Virus record (IMG/VR): IMGVR_UViG_3300033186_000010
Coordinates: 1 to 64,000 of that record
DNA length: 64,000 bases
Direction: 5' to 3' (one strand)
From: a virus
Positions 35,981-46,317 of this stretch are shown here, piece by piece. Both the position numbers and the translations under genes were made by a program. A model generated the notes under the pieces. The model saw only the letters and a program-made list of their open reading frames with translations. It searched no databases and was not told the origin of the DNA. Every line of letters begins with the position of its first letter. Positions within the stretch are counted from its first letter, which is position 1.

Positions 35981-37412
35981 TAAGAATAAAGGGATTAAGT
36001 TCGAATTTACTGCGGAGTTTCAAGAGGACTTAATCAGATTTACTTTAACCGACAGGACATTAGGTCCCAAGGTAATAAACCTCTATGAGTATCATTATTT
36101 TACTCTACTAAATCACAATATAATTGCCTATGCACTTAAGAAATACTTTAAGAAAAACCGAAAAGTCCCGAGTAAATCTATACTACTTGAGGAACTACGG
36201 GAAACTTACTTAAAACGGGAATATGCTGAGCATTTAACTAAAGAAGATACTAGTGAGATAAATAGCTTAGTTAAAAAATTATATAATAAACCTGCGGAAG
36301 ACGGCCAGGCGATACTTAAGAAAGCTGAAACCTTTGCCCAATTCGTTGAGCTAAAGAATATAATGGAGTCGGTGGATTTAACTGACTACAAAAACTATAA
36401 CCAGTTATCCCAGAAAGTACAGAAAGCTGTATCCCAAAAACTTAAAACCAAGAAGGAAGAGGGAACTTACCTTATCCAAGATATCAAGGTAAGGCAGGCT
36501 GAAAGACAATCCGAGGGAGTCATATACCCAACTCCATTCAAACAAATAAATGATTTAACCAATGCGGGGGGATATGAAAAAGGATCCACACTAGTAGTAG
36601 TAGATAGGCCCAAGAAATTTAAGACAGGTGCCATGGTTAATATCATTCGGGGTTATCTTAAACGTAAATATAAGATAGCTGTATTTGACCTTGAGAACGG
36701 TCAGGATGGTTTTACTTTACGTGTGGAGCAATCCATCATGAACAAAAGTAAAAAGGAATTAATGAGTGGGCAATACGATAAGGATGTCCAAAAGAGATTA
36801 AGGAAATATAAAAGATTAGGTGGTGAGGTATTCATCAAAAGATTACCGGCCTTCAGTACTGCAAATGATATTAGATATATACTGGATGAGCAGAAGAGGG
36901 AGACGGGATTTGAACCAGAGATATTAATTATCGACTACATCGGGTTGATGGGTTCTATCTCAGGAAAAGAGGATGATCACAATAGGATATCAGATGCTTA
37001 TCTGGATATTGCTAACCTATCCGTGGAAAGGGAGATTATCCATACTTGGACTCCTCACCATATTAAATCAGAGGCTTATAAAAAGAGAGCCACACGATAT
37101 GAATCAAATGACCTAGCCAAGTGTACCGAGATTGGTAGACACGTTCATGCAATGTTTGGCCTGAACCGTACGGAAGAGGAAGTGGAGCAGGGAGTGATGA
37201 GAATGGAGTTAATTGAGCAGCGAGACGGTTTCCAGGATGGTAGAGCTCTATTCATGGTGAACGAATCTACCCAGGTGATGAATGAATTCACGGCAGAACA
37301 GAGAAAACTATGGGATGAGAATTGGGCAGGATTCTCAGGGGATAAGTTATCCGGATTCAAGGATGAGGATAATGATAATCCTAAGAAGAAGAAAGGAGGG
37401 GATCTTGGCTAG
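35976..37412 (+). CDS. DnaB-family replicative helicase-like protein
   Basis: C-terminal RecA-like domain: VVVDRPKKFKTGAM (degenerate Walker A) and ILIIDYIGLM (DnaB-type Walker B, as in IDYLQLM). 478 aa, followed by the primase. Confidence 0.65.
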   Translation: MAKNKGIKFEFTAEFQEDLIRFTLTDRTLGPKVINLYEYHYFTLLNHNIIAYALKKYFKKNRKVPSKSILLEELRETYLKREYAEHLTKEDTSEINSLVKKLYNKPAEDGQAILKKAETFAQFVELKNIMESVDLTDYKNYNQLSQKVQKAVSQKLKTKKEEGTYLIQDIKVRQAERQSEGVIYPTPFKQINDLTNAGGYEKGSTLVVVDRPKKFKTGAMVNIIRGYLKRKYKIAVFDLENGQDGFTLRVEQSIMNKSKKELMSGQYDKDVQKRLRKYKRLGGEVFIKRLPAFSTANDIRYILDEQKRETGFEPEILIIDYIGLMGSISGKEDDHNRISDAYLDIANLSVEREIIHTWTPHHIKSEAYKKRATRYESNDLAKCTEIGRHVHAMFGLNRTEEEVEQGVMRMELIEQRDGFQDGRALFMVNESTQVMNEFTAEQRKLWDENWAGFSGDKLSGFKDEDNDNPKKKKGGDLG

Positions 37413-38379
37413 GTTTACTCGAGAAATAAAGAACAAGTTATATAAGTACTTCCTTGCCCGAATGGGTATGCATAAATACCGTAATGGGTGGTTAAAGGGA
37501 GATTGTCCTGCATGTGGCAAACATGATAAGTTTGGGGTTCACATAGGTAGAGACAAAAGTAATTGCTTTGTATGTGGGTATGGGCCAAAGCTTATGCAAC
37601 TTATCTCAGAATATGAGCAGGTTGAATATAACGAGGCATACAAACTGATAAGCAAACAGGAACAATTAGAATACAAAGAACCCAAGGCTAAACTGGTAGA
37701 GCCAAAGTCCGACTCTATCTTGCCTGAATCCTACAAACTGGTAACATTAGGGGGAAGTGAGACCTCCAAACTAATGCGAAGATATGTTCAGAAAAGAGGA
37801 TTCAAACCAAATAAGGTATCACTTAAAGGATGGGGATACTGTACTAAAGGAAAATATAAAGGACATCTAATAATACCCTACTATTTAAATGGTAGGGTTG
37901 TTTACTTTAATGCCCGGAGGGTTGTAGGTAATGGGCCAAAGTTTAATAACCCGACAATGGATGATATCGGAGTCGGTAAATCTATGGCTATATATAATAT
38001 AAGTGCCCTTAAACTATACAAAAAGATATACCTTGTGGAATCAGCAATGAATGCTGAAACCCTTGGAGATCATGCAATTGGAACAGGGGGTAAGAAATTA
38101 TCTCCGTGGCAAAAGGATAAGATATTAAACTCATCCGCTGAGAAAATAGTTATTATCCTGGACCCTGATGCTCTAAAGGAAGCTATAGACTTAGCCTTAG
38201 AATTATCCTTTCATAAGAAGATAAAGGTATTAATGTTACCCGAGGACAATGATGTTAATGATATTGGTAAAAAAGCAACCAAGGCATTAGAGGATCAGGC
38301 TAAATGGTTAAGTTACATGGAATTATTAAAACTTAAAAACGACTTACTGTATGAAGAGAGATCCAAGCATACACGTTAG
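37363..38379 (+). CDS. DNA primase (zinc ribbon + TOPRIM)
   Basis: CPACGKHDKFGVHIGRDKSNCFVCG zinc ribbon. TOPRIM-like YLVESAMNAE and IILDPDALKEA. The start is ambiguous: ATG at 37363, 37372 or 37462, or TTG at 37405. Confidence 0.75.
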   Translation: MRIMIILRRRKEGILARFTREIKNKLYKYFLARMGMHKYRNGWLKGDCPACGKHDKFGVHIGRDKSNCFVCGYGPKLMQLISEYEQVEYNEAYKLISKQEQLEYKEPKAKLVEPKSDSILPESYKLVTLGGSETSKLMRRYVQKRGFKPNKVSLKGWGYCTKGKYKGHLIIPYYLNGRVVYFNARRVVGNGPKFNNPTMDDIGVGKSMAIYNISALKLYKKIYLVESAMNAETLGDHAIGTGGKKLSPWQKDKILNSSAEKIVIILDPDALKEAIDLALELSFHKKIKVLMLPEDNDVNDIGKKATKALEDQAKWLSYMELLKLKNDLLYEERSKHTR

Positions 38380-39205
38380 GGAATCCCAACTAAATCTAGT
38401 ATTACAAGATGTATTGGGGGTAGAAAACTTTGGAGAAAAAGAACTGAAAGGACTAGCAAAATTAATAGTTGAGAGGTCCAAGAAGTATTCCCAAGTTAAT
38501 CGCTCAATGGTTATAACAAATGAGAGGATGGAAAGGAAAGCTAAATCCATTCTTAAAGCCGATAAGAGTGATGCTTACTTAATGGCCAAGATAATTCATG
38601 CGGTTAGAAATAAGGCCAGACATAGGGGTGTAAGATTATTAACCCAAGAATCACGAGAATGGTCTATAATAAAAGAGATAACCGCACAGGCATTGGATTT
38701 TGCTAATGCTTTTGGGATAAGTAAGAAAGAGGGATTTACTATCTACATTACTAAGGCCATGCAAAAAATGCAGAAGTTCTCCCTTAACAAAATCCCAAAC
38801 ATGTACGAGGGTATTTCCAACTCTTATGAGGCTGATACCATCATACAAAAGGATGATAAGCCTAAAGCTACTCGTTCTATCCATGATTACTATGTACAGA
38901 AGATAGCCAAGAAAACAGGCTTAGCCGAAACCTATCTGGAGAACCCAGAAAAATATGTATGCTTCTATAAAACCAGAATCATAGCTGAGGAAATAGGGGT
39001 AACCTACAAAGATTACCTGGAATCTCAATTCGAGGGATTCAGCTACAGGGATGGGATACCTGATCCAGTACAATTGATTGGGGACAATGCCAAGAAAAGA
39101 TTATCCAAATACCTATACGAAAATAACCTAAAAGTGAACCCTGCCAAGAAGAAGGAAGCTAACTCTGACTTCTGGGCTAAACTAAAATCTTTATCCGATG
39201 AGTAG
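38351..39205 (+). CDS. hypothetical replication-module protein
   Basis: 284-aa ORF between primase and helicase. No family recognised. Confidence 0.5.
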   Translation: MKRDPSIHVRESQLNLVLQDVLGVENFGEKELKGLAKLIVERSKKYSQVNRSMVITNERMERKAKSILKADKSDAYLMAKIIHAVRNKARHRGVRLLTQESREWSIIKEITAQALDFANAFGISKKEGFTIYITKAMQKMQKFSLNKIPNMYEGISNSYEADTIIQKDDKPKATRSIHDYYVQKIAKKTGLAETYLENPEKYVCFYKTRIIAEEIGVTYKDYLESQFEGFSYRDGIPDPVQLIGDNAKKRLSKYLYENNLKVNPAKKKEANSDFWAKLKSLSDE

Positions 39206-40673
39206 AATAAGAATTGGTATCACCAACAAACAGTGTTACTTAACTGGGGATAGAAAACTTATAAATTCCGCCTATAAGGAATTCTCAGTTAGGCATCCAT
39301 CCGCCTTTCATATCCGAAGATATATGCCAAAGGGATGGGACGGAAAATTCCATTACATTAACGATAGGGGAGCCTTCAGAACTGGGCTACTAGATAAGGT
39401 AATTGCTTTCTTAAATTCCAAAGGGGCATCTATAGAATATGAGGATGAAAGGGATGATGTTGTAACAGATGCTAAGGTACCCAGCATAGTGGGGGGCCTT
39501 ACCCCTAGACCCTATCAGAACGAGGCCATTGGTTCTATAGTATATAATACTATACCTGGAACCGATATCCCATTCCCAAGGGGGGTTATTAAAGCTGCTA
39601 CTAATGCCGGTAAGACAATGATCTCAGCTGGTATCTATGAGGCTTTTCACCGTAAGAAAAAAGCTTTGGTCCTAATCAATGACTCGGACTTATATAACCA
39701 ATTCCATGTTGAGATTCCCGAACTGGTTGGAGATGATGCTGGATTTGTAAGGGGTAAAGAAAAGGACTGGAATAACTTTACAGTGGGTATGGTACAAACT
39801 ATATCCCAGAACTTGGCTAAAATGAAAGGGATGCTGGCTAAGTATGAGATAGTCCTGGTAGATGAGGCCGACTTGGCAGATAATAAATCCTACAAAAGAG
39901 TATTGGATGCCTGTATTAATGCAACCATTCGAGTAGGGTTATCAGGATCTATCTTCATGAGTAAACTGGCTAAGGATAAACCAAAAAACTATAACCTAGA
40001 ATCCTACTTTGGGCCAGTTAGATTTGAGATAACCAAAAGAGAAATGGTTGACTTGGGTTATTCAACTGAGCCAGTAATCAAGGTAACACCCGGAAATGGG
40101 ATTAAGGAAACTACCGGAAACTGGAAAGAGGATTATGATGTATGTATAACCCGTAACAAGGATCGAAATAAGAAGGTACTTAACAGGGCCATTTTCAATT
40201 TGGAGAGGGATAGATTTCCAATGCTAGTAGTCGCTCAATTCCATGAGCATATTGAAATACTTGAAGAGCTATTCCAAAAAGAACTAGGCGGGAAGTATCT
40301 CATTAAATCTGTGCACCATAAGACACCAGGCAGAAAGCAGATAATAGAGGAGTTCAAGGTTGGGGACATCGATATACTAATCTCATCCTATATTATCAAA
40401 CGAGGAAAGAACTTACCGTTAATCAAATGTATTAATAATGCTGCAGCGGGTGACTCTCAAGAAACCATATCCCAGATTATGGGTCGTGGAGAAAGATCTC
40501 ATAAGTCCAAGAATAAAGTTTATATCGAAGATTACATGGACGAGGGAAAATACCTAAAAAGACATGCTAAGCATAGGGTTAACTATTACAAAGCAGAGAA
40601 GTTTAAAGTGATCGAGCTATACAAAAAAGTACTATTAAAAATAAAAAACCATGGCAAAAAAAAGAAAAAGTAA
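39198..40673 (+). CDS. superfamily 2 DEAD/DEAH-box helicase
   Basis: RPYQNEAI (Q motif), ATNAGKT (Walker A), LVDEAD (Walker B), LSGS (motif III), QIMGRGER (motif VI). Confidence 0.8.
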   Translation: MSRIRIGITNKQCYLTGDRKLINSAYKEFSVRHPSAFHIRRYMPKGWDGKFHYINDRGAFRTGLLDKVIAFLNSKGASIEYEDERDDVVTDAKVPSIVGGLTPRPYQNEAIGSIVYNTIPGTDIPFPRGVIKAATNAGKTMISAGIYEAFHRKKKALVLINDSDLYNQFHVEIPELVGDDAGFVRGKEKDWNNFTVGMVQTISQNLAKMKGMLAKYEIVLVDEADLADNKSYKRVLDACINATIRVGLSGSIFMSKLAKDKPKNYNLESYFGPVRFEITKREMVDLGYSTEPVIKVTPGNGIKETTGNWKEDYDVCITRNKDRNKKVLNRAIFNLERDRFPMLVVAQFHEHIEILEELFQKELGGKYLIKSVHHKTPGRKQIIEEFKVGDIDILISSYIIKRGKNLPLIKCINNAAAGDSQETISQIMGRGERSHKSKNKVYIEDYMDEGKYLKRHAKHRVNYYKAEKFKVIELYKKVLLKIKNHGKKKKK

Positions 40674-41073
40674 TCCTGAAAGGGAACCAAGGGATACTAT
40701 CTCAGAAACTGGGGTAGATTTACTAAAACCAATCTCAGCTGATATCTTCAAGCTGGGATCTTCTGATGATCCTTGCTTTGGTAAACTCCATGATCTAACG
40801 GATTCAGTCTGTAGAAGATGTGGGGATAACGAATTATGCCAAGCAGTGATGGCTCAGAACCTGCATAAGACCAGGAATGAAGTTGAGAAAACTCAGGCAT
40901 TCAAGGATAAGGAACAACCTTATGAGAAAGTAAAACCTGAGCATCATGAAATGAAGATGTGGATGAAAAAGAAGGTTGCTAAAGACCTTGACAAAAAGCT
41001 TATTATTAAGAGAGCTATGAAGAGATATGATGTATCTCGTGCAGTAGCTAGGCAAGTATACAAAAACTTATAA
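40651..41073 (+). CDS. hypothetical protein with Cys cluster
   Basis: 140-aa ORF with the Cys cluster CFGK...CRRCGDNELC. No family recognised. Confidence 0.45.
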   Translation: MAKKRKSNPEREPRDTISETGVDLLKPISADIFKLGSSDDPCFGKLHDLTDSVCRRCGDNELCQAVMAQNLHKTRNEVEKTQAFKDKEQPYEKVKPEHHEMKMWMKKKVAKDLDKKLIIKRAMKRYDVSRAVARQVYKNL

Positions 41074-41086
41074 AAAGGAGAAGACT

Positions 41087-41848
41087 ATGGACATCCAAAC
41101 AGCACCAAAGCTACCCGAAAAAATTGCGGAACGGGTATTATTGGGAGAAGGTTTGCCAGTATTATTCGAGTTACAGCTCGAATTAATGGCTGAATATGTT
41201 AAGGTAGAAAAGCTACCACAATGGCCTATCAATTCCCATGAACCAAAGAACCAAGTTATCCTTAAGGATTTCATTGGGAGAGTGGCTGAGGAATTAGGAG
41301 AATCATGGGAATACTATGAGAATCTGAGAGACGGTAAAATAACCATCGCAAATTTATCTGGTTTCAATGAGGAGATCGCAGATGTAACTGCATTCCTACT
41401 TGAGACCTTGATTTATGTTGGGGTAACACCTGAAGAATTACATAAAGCTATCGAACCGGATAAGGATGATGCTTTGGGTTATCTATACAATAACCCTAAT
41501 TTCCGAAGCAGGACTACTATCCCTAGAAACTTACATGAGGACAGGGATTATATCGAAGCAGGAATTGGTAGGTTTATGTATACCTCAGAATATAGTAATC
41601 ACCTAGCTAAGACTTTCTGGAATTTCAACTACCTATTACAGATGTCCAAGAATGTATTGAAAAACAAACCTTGGAAGGTACATCAGGTAATGACGGATGA
41701 AAATAAATTCCGATCAAAGCTGCTTACTGCATCAGTAGAGTTCTTCAGAATGGCTACTCGAGAATTGGAGATGTCTCCACTGGGGTTAGTCACGGTATAT
41801 TATAAAAAGAACAGAGTAAACCTGTTCAGAATTAAATCCAAGTATTAA
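41087..41848 (+). CDS. all-alpha NTP pyrophosphatase, dimeric dUTPase-like
   Basis: The acidic helices AEELGESWEY and NEEIADVTAFLLETL plus the LKNKPWKVHQ motif resemble the dimeric dUTPase/dCTPase family. Confidence 0.5.
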   Translation: MDIQTAPKLPEKIAERVLLGEGLPVLFELQLELMAEYVKVEKLPQWPINSHEPKNQVILKDFIGRVAEELGESWEYYENLRDGKITIANLSGFNEEIADVTAFLLETLIYVGVTPEELHKAIEPDKDDALGYLYNNPNFRSRTTIPRNLHEDRDYIEAGIGRFMYTSEYSNHLAKTFWNFNYLLQMSKNVLKNKPWKVHQVMTDENKFRSKLLTASVEFFRMATRELEMSPLGLVTVYYKKNRVNLFRIKSKY

Positions 41849-42723
41849 TGAAAGAGTTAAAATTCTCAAACACCCAGGAAGCTTGGGAGGGTATTAATGA
41901 ATATCTTGCCTTGAAATCGGAAGAGGTAATGGAAACAGGGGGTTCACTATATGGGCCAGAAATCATAGCCTACGACCATTACATCAAAATTAATAAGGTA
42001 TGGGTGGATCCAGAATTTGACTTCGGTTCAGTCTTCGGATATACAACTGCTAAGTGGACTAAGTTAATCAATAACTACCTCCACTTAGATTATCTTGACT
42101 TAATCAAATCGCAGATACTAGCAAGGGAGAAATCGAGAGCAACTAATTACAATATTAGTTACCTATTCGATAACTCCCATGGTTCTGGTAAAGGGTGCCT
42201 CCTTACTCTTACCTTCTCAAGAAGAGTGGATAGGGATGCACCTATTCTGTATATGACCCTGAGATCTTCTGAGGTAACTAAAAGGTTGTTATTCGATTTC
42301 CTACTAGTTCAAAGGATAGCTGAGTATGTGTACGGGAAAGATCAATGCGTTTCTTTGGAAATGTTTTGCCCAAACATATACCTAGTTGCTGAGGCCTTTG
42401 TAATGTATGATAACTACAAAAGCATTGATAAGCTATTCAGGAAAAAGAAGAAAAAGGGCCTAAGTAAATTTGAGAAAAAGATCCTGGATACCTTACACCA
42501 TTTTAAAACTGTAGACCCTAGCACGATTAAATACAAGGTCCACTTGAGAAGTGTTAATCAGTTGCAGGAAGATGAAGATGGTAAGAAGATTTCTGGTAGG
42601 AAACCTTTATTGGTAAAAAATCTTCACCTCTATAAAGAAAACATGGAGTATCCCGAAGATTGTATCAGTCCGTCTGCAAGGAAGGCTTATCGTCGAAAGC
42701 ATAATAAAACACTAGGAAAGTAA
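41848..42723 (+). CDS. divergent thymidylate-synthase-fold protein
   Basis: GKGCLLTLTF...PILYMTLRSSEVTKRLLFDFLLVQRIAEYV aligns by eye with ThyA PCHAFFQF...[31 protein letters not shown]. Other ThyA motifs are not evident. Confidence 0.4.
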   Translation: MKELKFSNTQEAWEGINEYLALKSEEVMETGGSLYGPEIIAYDHYIKINKVWVDPEFDFGSVFGYTTAKWTKLINNYLHLDYLDLIKSQILAREKSRATNYNISYLFDNSHGSGKGCLLTLTFSRRVDRDAPILYMTLRSSEVTKRLLFDFLLVQRIAEYVYGKDQCVSLEMFCPNIYLVAEAFVMYDNYKSIDKLFRKKKKKGLSKFEKKILDTLHHFKTVDPSTIKYKVHLRSVNQLQEDEDGKKISGRKPLLVKNLHLYKENMEYPEDCISPSARKAYRRKHNKTLGK

Positions 42724-42759
42724 GTACTATTCAAATCTATAACAATAAAATTAATTACT

Positions 42760-43065
42760 ATGTTGGAATTAAAAAACGTTCACGTTGGAGCAATCCAAGG
42801 AAAAAGATTATTGCTTAAAGCTACCACTCCCCCAGCTAGAGAGGGAGCTAATGATCCTAACTCAAAATCTCGTTGGGGAGAAGTTATCCAAGCTGGAGAG
42901 GATGTAGAGGGTATCAAAGTTGGGCATATGTGCATGTACCATGAGAATTCTTGTACTGAGTTCCCATTCCAAATTAAGCCAGAGAATGGTATTTCCATGA
43001 TTGAGAATTACGATATCCTAACTCAGTCGGATATCATTTATGTTGTTGACCCTAAAAATAATTAA
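42760..43065 (+). CDS. GroES-like co-chaperonin
   Basis: 101 aa. GKRLLLKA...SRWGEVIQAGEDVEGIKVGHMCMY...ILTQSDIIYVV parallels GroES DRVIVKR...TRGEVLAVG...VKVGDIVIF...IMSESDILAIV. Confidence 0.55.
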   Translation: MLELKNVHVGAIQGKRLLLKATTPPAREGANDPNSKSRWGEVIQAGEDVEGIKVGHMCMYHENSCTEFPFQIKPENGISMIENYDILTQSDIIYVVDPKNN

Positions 43066-43069
43066 TAAC

Positions 43070-43792
43070 ATGAGGATATTCAGTAGTTGCCGAGAATTGA
43101 TGTCTGAGATTATGAGAGATGTATCTGAACATGGTACAATCGTCCATCCTCAAACAATGCAAAATAAGGTAGTAGCTGATAACGAGGAGTTCCAAACTAA
43201 GGAGCTCCTTAACTACAGTTATTGCCTAACCAATAGAACTGATCAGGAGAAACTGTTCATTTCTAATCCCACTCAAAATTACCTATGGTGTCAGGAAGAG
43301 TTTAAAGAAAGGGTATCCCGTAGCTATGTTAATCCAGGTAAAGCCTGGTTGATTCGTAAAGATACTTGGGCCACATTCTTAAACTCAGAAGGTGGGTTCT
43401 GTTATACCTACAATGAGAGGTTAAACTATCGACACAATCTTAATAAGATTATCGATGAATTAAAACGTCACCCAGATTCCCGACAATGTTATTTACCTGT
43501 ATTCCATCCGGAAGATGTATCTTTCATAGGTGCAGAACGTAGAGTACCATGTACTTTGGGTTATCAATTTATTATCCGTGATAATAAACTTCATATCGTA
43601 TACTCCCAAAGATCAGCCGATGTATTTCTTCACTTTGGTAATGACATCTGGTTGGCCTGGGAACTTATGAGTTATGTGGCTAAGAGATTAGCTATAGAGG
43701 AGGGATATCTTTATCACAATATTACTTCCCTACATTCTTACAAAAGGGATTGGGAAGGTTTAAAAACCTGTATAGACGAACTCTATGAATAA
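43070..43792 (+). CDS. thymidylate synthase family enzyme (ThyA or pyrimidine hydroxymethylase)
   Basis: Start trimmed to the ATG at 43070. HPDSRQCYLPVFHP, RVPCTLGYQFIIRDNKLHIVYSQRSADVFLHFGNDI and SLHSY match the ThyA/dCMP-hydroxymethylase core motifs. Confidence 0.75.
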   Translation: MRIFSSCRELMSEIMRDVSEHGTIVHPQTMQNKVVADNEEFQTKELLNYSYCLTNRTDQEKLFISNPTQNYLWCQEEFKERVSRSYVNPGKAWLIRKDTWATFLNSEGGFCYTYNERLNYRHNLNKIIDELKRHPDSRQCYLPVFHPEDVSFIGAERRVPCTLGYQFIIRDNKLHIVYSQRSADVFLHFGNDIWLAWELMSYVAKRLAIEEGYLYHNITSLHSYKRDWEGLKTCIDELYE

Positions 43793-44087
43793 AAAGGATG
43801 AGAAGAAAATCCTAAAGGGGTATGTGAAGCTCAGGGGTAAGAAATACTTTATTACCAAAACCATTGAGGAAATGGCTGAGCTTACACAGAACCTGGCTAA
43901 GGGTATTAATAATCCAAAAGATTTGCAGGATCCAAACCTACAAGCTGAAATGGCACAGGTAAAGTTATTCCTACAAACTCTGGAGGATCATGTATTCAAT
44001 AGCCCCTTAGAGGAACAGGCCAGGAAACGTGAACGTAGAGATAAGCTCACATTATTCAATCAACGAATTAAAGAGGCTCAGAAATGA
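43785..44087 (+). CDS. small MazG-like protein candidate
   Basis: 100 aa. The EEMAELTQNLAK and AEMAQVKLFLQTLEDHV helices resemble single-domain MazG-like NTP-PPases. Weak. Confidence 0.3.
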   Translation: MNKKDEKKILKGYVKLRGKKYFITKTIEEMAELTQNLAKGINNPKDLQDPNLQAEMAQVKLFLQTLEDHVFNSPLEEQARKRERRDKLTLFNQRIKEAQK

Positions 44088-46306
44088 AATCAATCTACAA
44101 GATAATAACCAAAGAAAAACAACTTTGGCAATTAATCAGATATTGTAAGAAAACTGGTTACGCCTCAGTCGATTTCGAAACAACTACCCGAGATGATGAG
44201 GGAGCATTTTGTGATCCGGAAGGATATCCTACTATCATGGGCTGTAGCTTTCAACCGGGCAGTGGTTGGGTATTACCTTTAGGACATTTCGATTCACCTT
44301 TTAAGAAAGCCGATAAGTGGGTTAAACTATTACAGATCTTTGGTAGAGAAGTAATGGAGGATCCTAACATAGTTAAGATAGCCCACAATGCTTCATTTGA
44401 GATGAAGTGGTTCAAGAGATTCGGTATCATTCCAAAAGGTTATTGGTTTGATACCATCTTGGCTAAATATCTTTTGGATGAAGAAAGGCCACATGGTTTG
44501 AAAGAGCAGGTAGGAAGATTCTTACCTGACTTTGATGGTTATGAAGATTACGAGGGAAGTAAATTACCTTGGAATAAAAAGCCATTAGAAGGATTATCAA
44601 AGTACTGTGCATTGGACTGCGATTCTACATTAAGGTTATGGCTATACTTCGAACCAAAGCTAATGGAATTTGGCTTCTACCCGTTATTCAGAAACCTTCT
44701 GATGATGAACCTAAGAGTTCTATCGGAATCTGAGTATACGGGTATGATTGTGAATAGGGAATACCTAAAGAACTTGGTTGATACTTATGGTAAGAAAATC
44801 GAGGATTCTGAAAAAGGATTATATGACTTGAAAGTGATCAGGAAATATAATGCTAAGAAAGTTAAGAAAGCCAAGAAGCAACTTATCAAAGAAGTCAAAC
44901 AAGAGATAAAGGCACTTAAACGGGAAGAAAAAGAAGAAGACGTAGATAACTCTAGAAAGATAAAATCTCGAGAAGATAAAGTTAGCAGATATATAGCTGG
45001 GGAGTTTACTACGAAGAAGGAAAGAACTGCCGTCTCAGAATTGAATTTGGGTAGTCCTGCTCAATTAAAGGAACTGTTATACTACAGTAAGCATGGATTC
45101 CAATTTACTGAGGTCAAGGAAAAGAATAAGAAAAAGGAATGGGTAGTATCCACTGCGGAATCAGCTTTACTAAAAATCCAGAAATCCGGAGAGGATACAC
45201 ATGGGTTTGTAAAAAGGATGCTGGAACATAGAGGACTATCTAAACTGTACTCCACTAACATCAAGGGTATGTATGATATCTTGGGTGAGGATAACAGGCT
45301 TCATACTTCTTATAAAATCTTTGGTACGGTAACAGGTAGACTATCTTCTGTAGAACCTAACTTACAAAACATTCCAAGAGCAACTACCAACTCAGATATC
45401 AAACCAATGTTCAGGCCTCCAAAGGGTATGCTCATGGTGGAGTTTGACTACTCCCAAGCTGAGATGAGGGTAGTGGCTGAGATGTCTAAGGATAAAAACC
45501 TTATCGATGCATTTGCCTCGGGACTTTCACTTCACGTATACACTGCAACACGAGCTGAGTTTCCTAACCTAACTGGTGATGCTCTATATAAAAAATACGA
45601 AGAGGTATATGCGATGACCAAGGATGAAGATCATAAGGATCACATCTTCTGGACTAAACGTAAGAAAAGGGCCAAGACAATTGGATTCGGTATCTTATAT
45701 GGGCAATCGGATAAAATGTTAGCTGAAACTATTGGGTGTAGCGAAGAGGAAGCAGGACAATTCAAAAAGGACTGGTTCAAGGCTTATCCAAAGGTTGAGA
45801 AATGGATTAAAGGTCAACACAAAAAAGCCAAGAAGAATGGCTATGTAAGAACTCTATTTGGTAGGAAACGAAGATTACCAAATATCTATTCTGATATAAT
45901 CGGGATTAGGTCGGAAGCTGAGAGACAATCGGTAAATGCTCCTATTCAGGGAACATCTTCGGATTACACTCAGTTCTCAAGTATTCTAGTACGAGAGAAA
46001 CGACTACAGGGAGAATTTCCATCATACTTTCAACAATGTTATACTGTACATGACTCCTTGGGTTACTATGTCAAACCAAAAGATATCCACAAATTGGTGG
46101 GGCCAATGGTTAAGATATGTTCTAACCCCCAAACAAAGAAATGGTTTGGATTCCAGGCTAAACATGTAAACATGAAAGTAAGCTGCGAGTTGGGTCCTAC
46201 ATGGGGTAACTACCATGATTATGACAAGGATACTGATTATGTAGAATTAACCAAGAAATGGGAAATGGAACTCTACGGGGAAACCTGGGTAGAGGATTAC
46301 GATTAA
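44084..46306 (+). CDS. family A DNA polymerase with 3'-5' exonuclease domain
   Basis: Exo motifs VDFETT, HNASFEMKW, YCALDCDSTLRL. Pol motif A FDYSQAEMRV, motif B RAKTIGFGILYGQS, motif C YTVHDS. Confidence 0.9.
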   Translation: MKSIYKIITKEKQLWQLIRYCKKTGYASVDFETTTRDDEGAFCDPEGYPTIMGCSFQPGSGWVLPLGHFDSPFKKADKWVKLLQIFGREVMEDPNIVKIAHNASFEMKWFKRFGIIPKGYWFDTILAKYLLDEERPHGLKEQVGRFLPDFDGYEDYEGSKLPWNKKPLEGLSKYCALDCDSTLRLWLYFEPKLMEFGFYPLFRNLLMMNLRVLSESEYTGMIVNREYLKNLVDTYGKKIEDSEKGLYDLKVIRKYNAKKVKKAKKQLIKEVKQEIKALKREEKEEDVDNSRKIKSREDKVSRYIAGEFTTKKERTAVSELNLGSPAQLKELLYYSKHGFQFTEVKEKNKKKEWVVSTAESALLKIQKSGEDTHGFVKRMLEHRGLSKLYSTNIKGMYDILGEDNRLHTSYKIFGTVTGRLSSVEPNLQNIPRATTNSDIKPMFRPPKGMLMVEFDYSQAEMRVVAEMSKDKNLIDAFASGLSLHVYTATRAEFPNLTGDALYKKYEEVYAMTKDEDHKDHIFWTKRKKRAKTIGFGILYGQSDKMLAETIGCSEEEAGQFKKDWFKAYPKVEKWIKGQHKKAKKNGYVRTLFGRKRRLPNIYSDIIGIRSEAERQSVNAPIQGTSSDYTQFSSILVREKRLQGEFPSYFQQCYTVHDSLGYYVKPKDIHKLVGPMVKICSNPQTKKWFGFQAKHVNMKVSCELGPTWGNYHDYDKDTDYVELTKKWEMELYGETWVEDYD

Positions 46307-46317
46307 TACAAACTATT

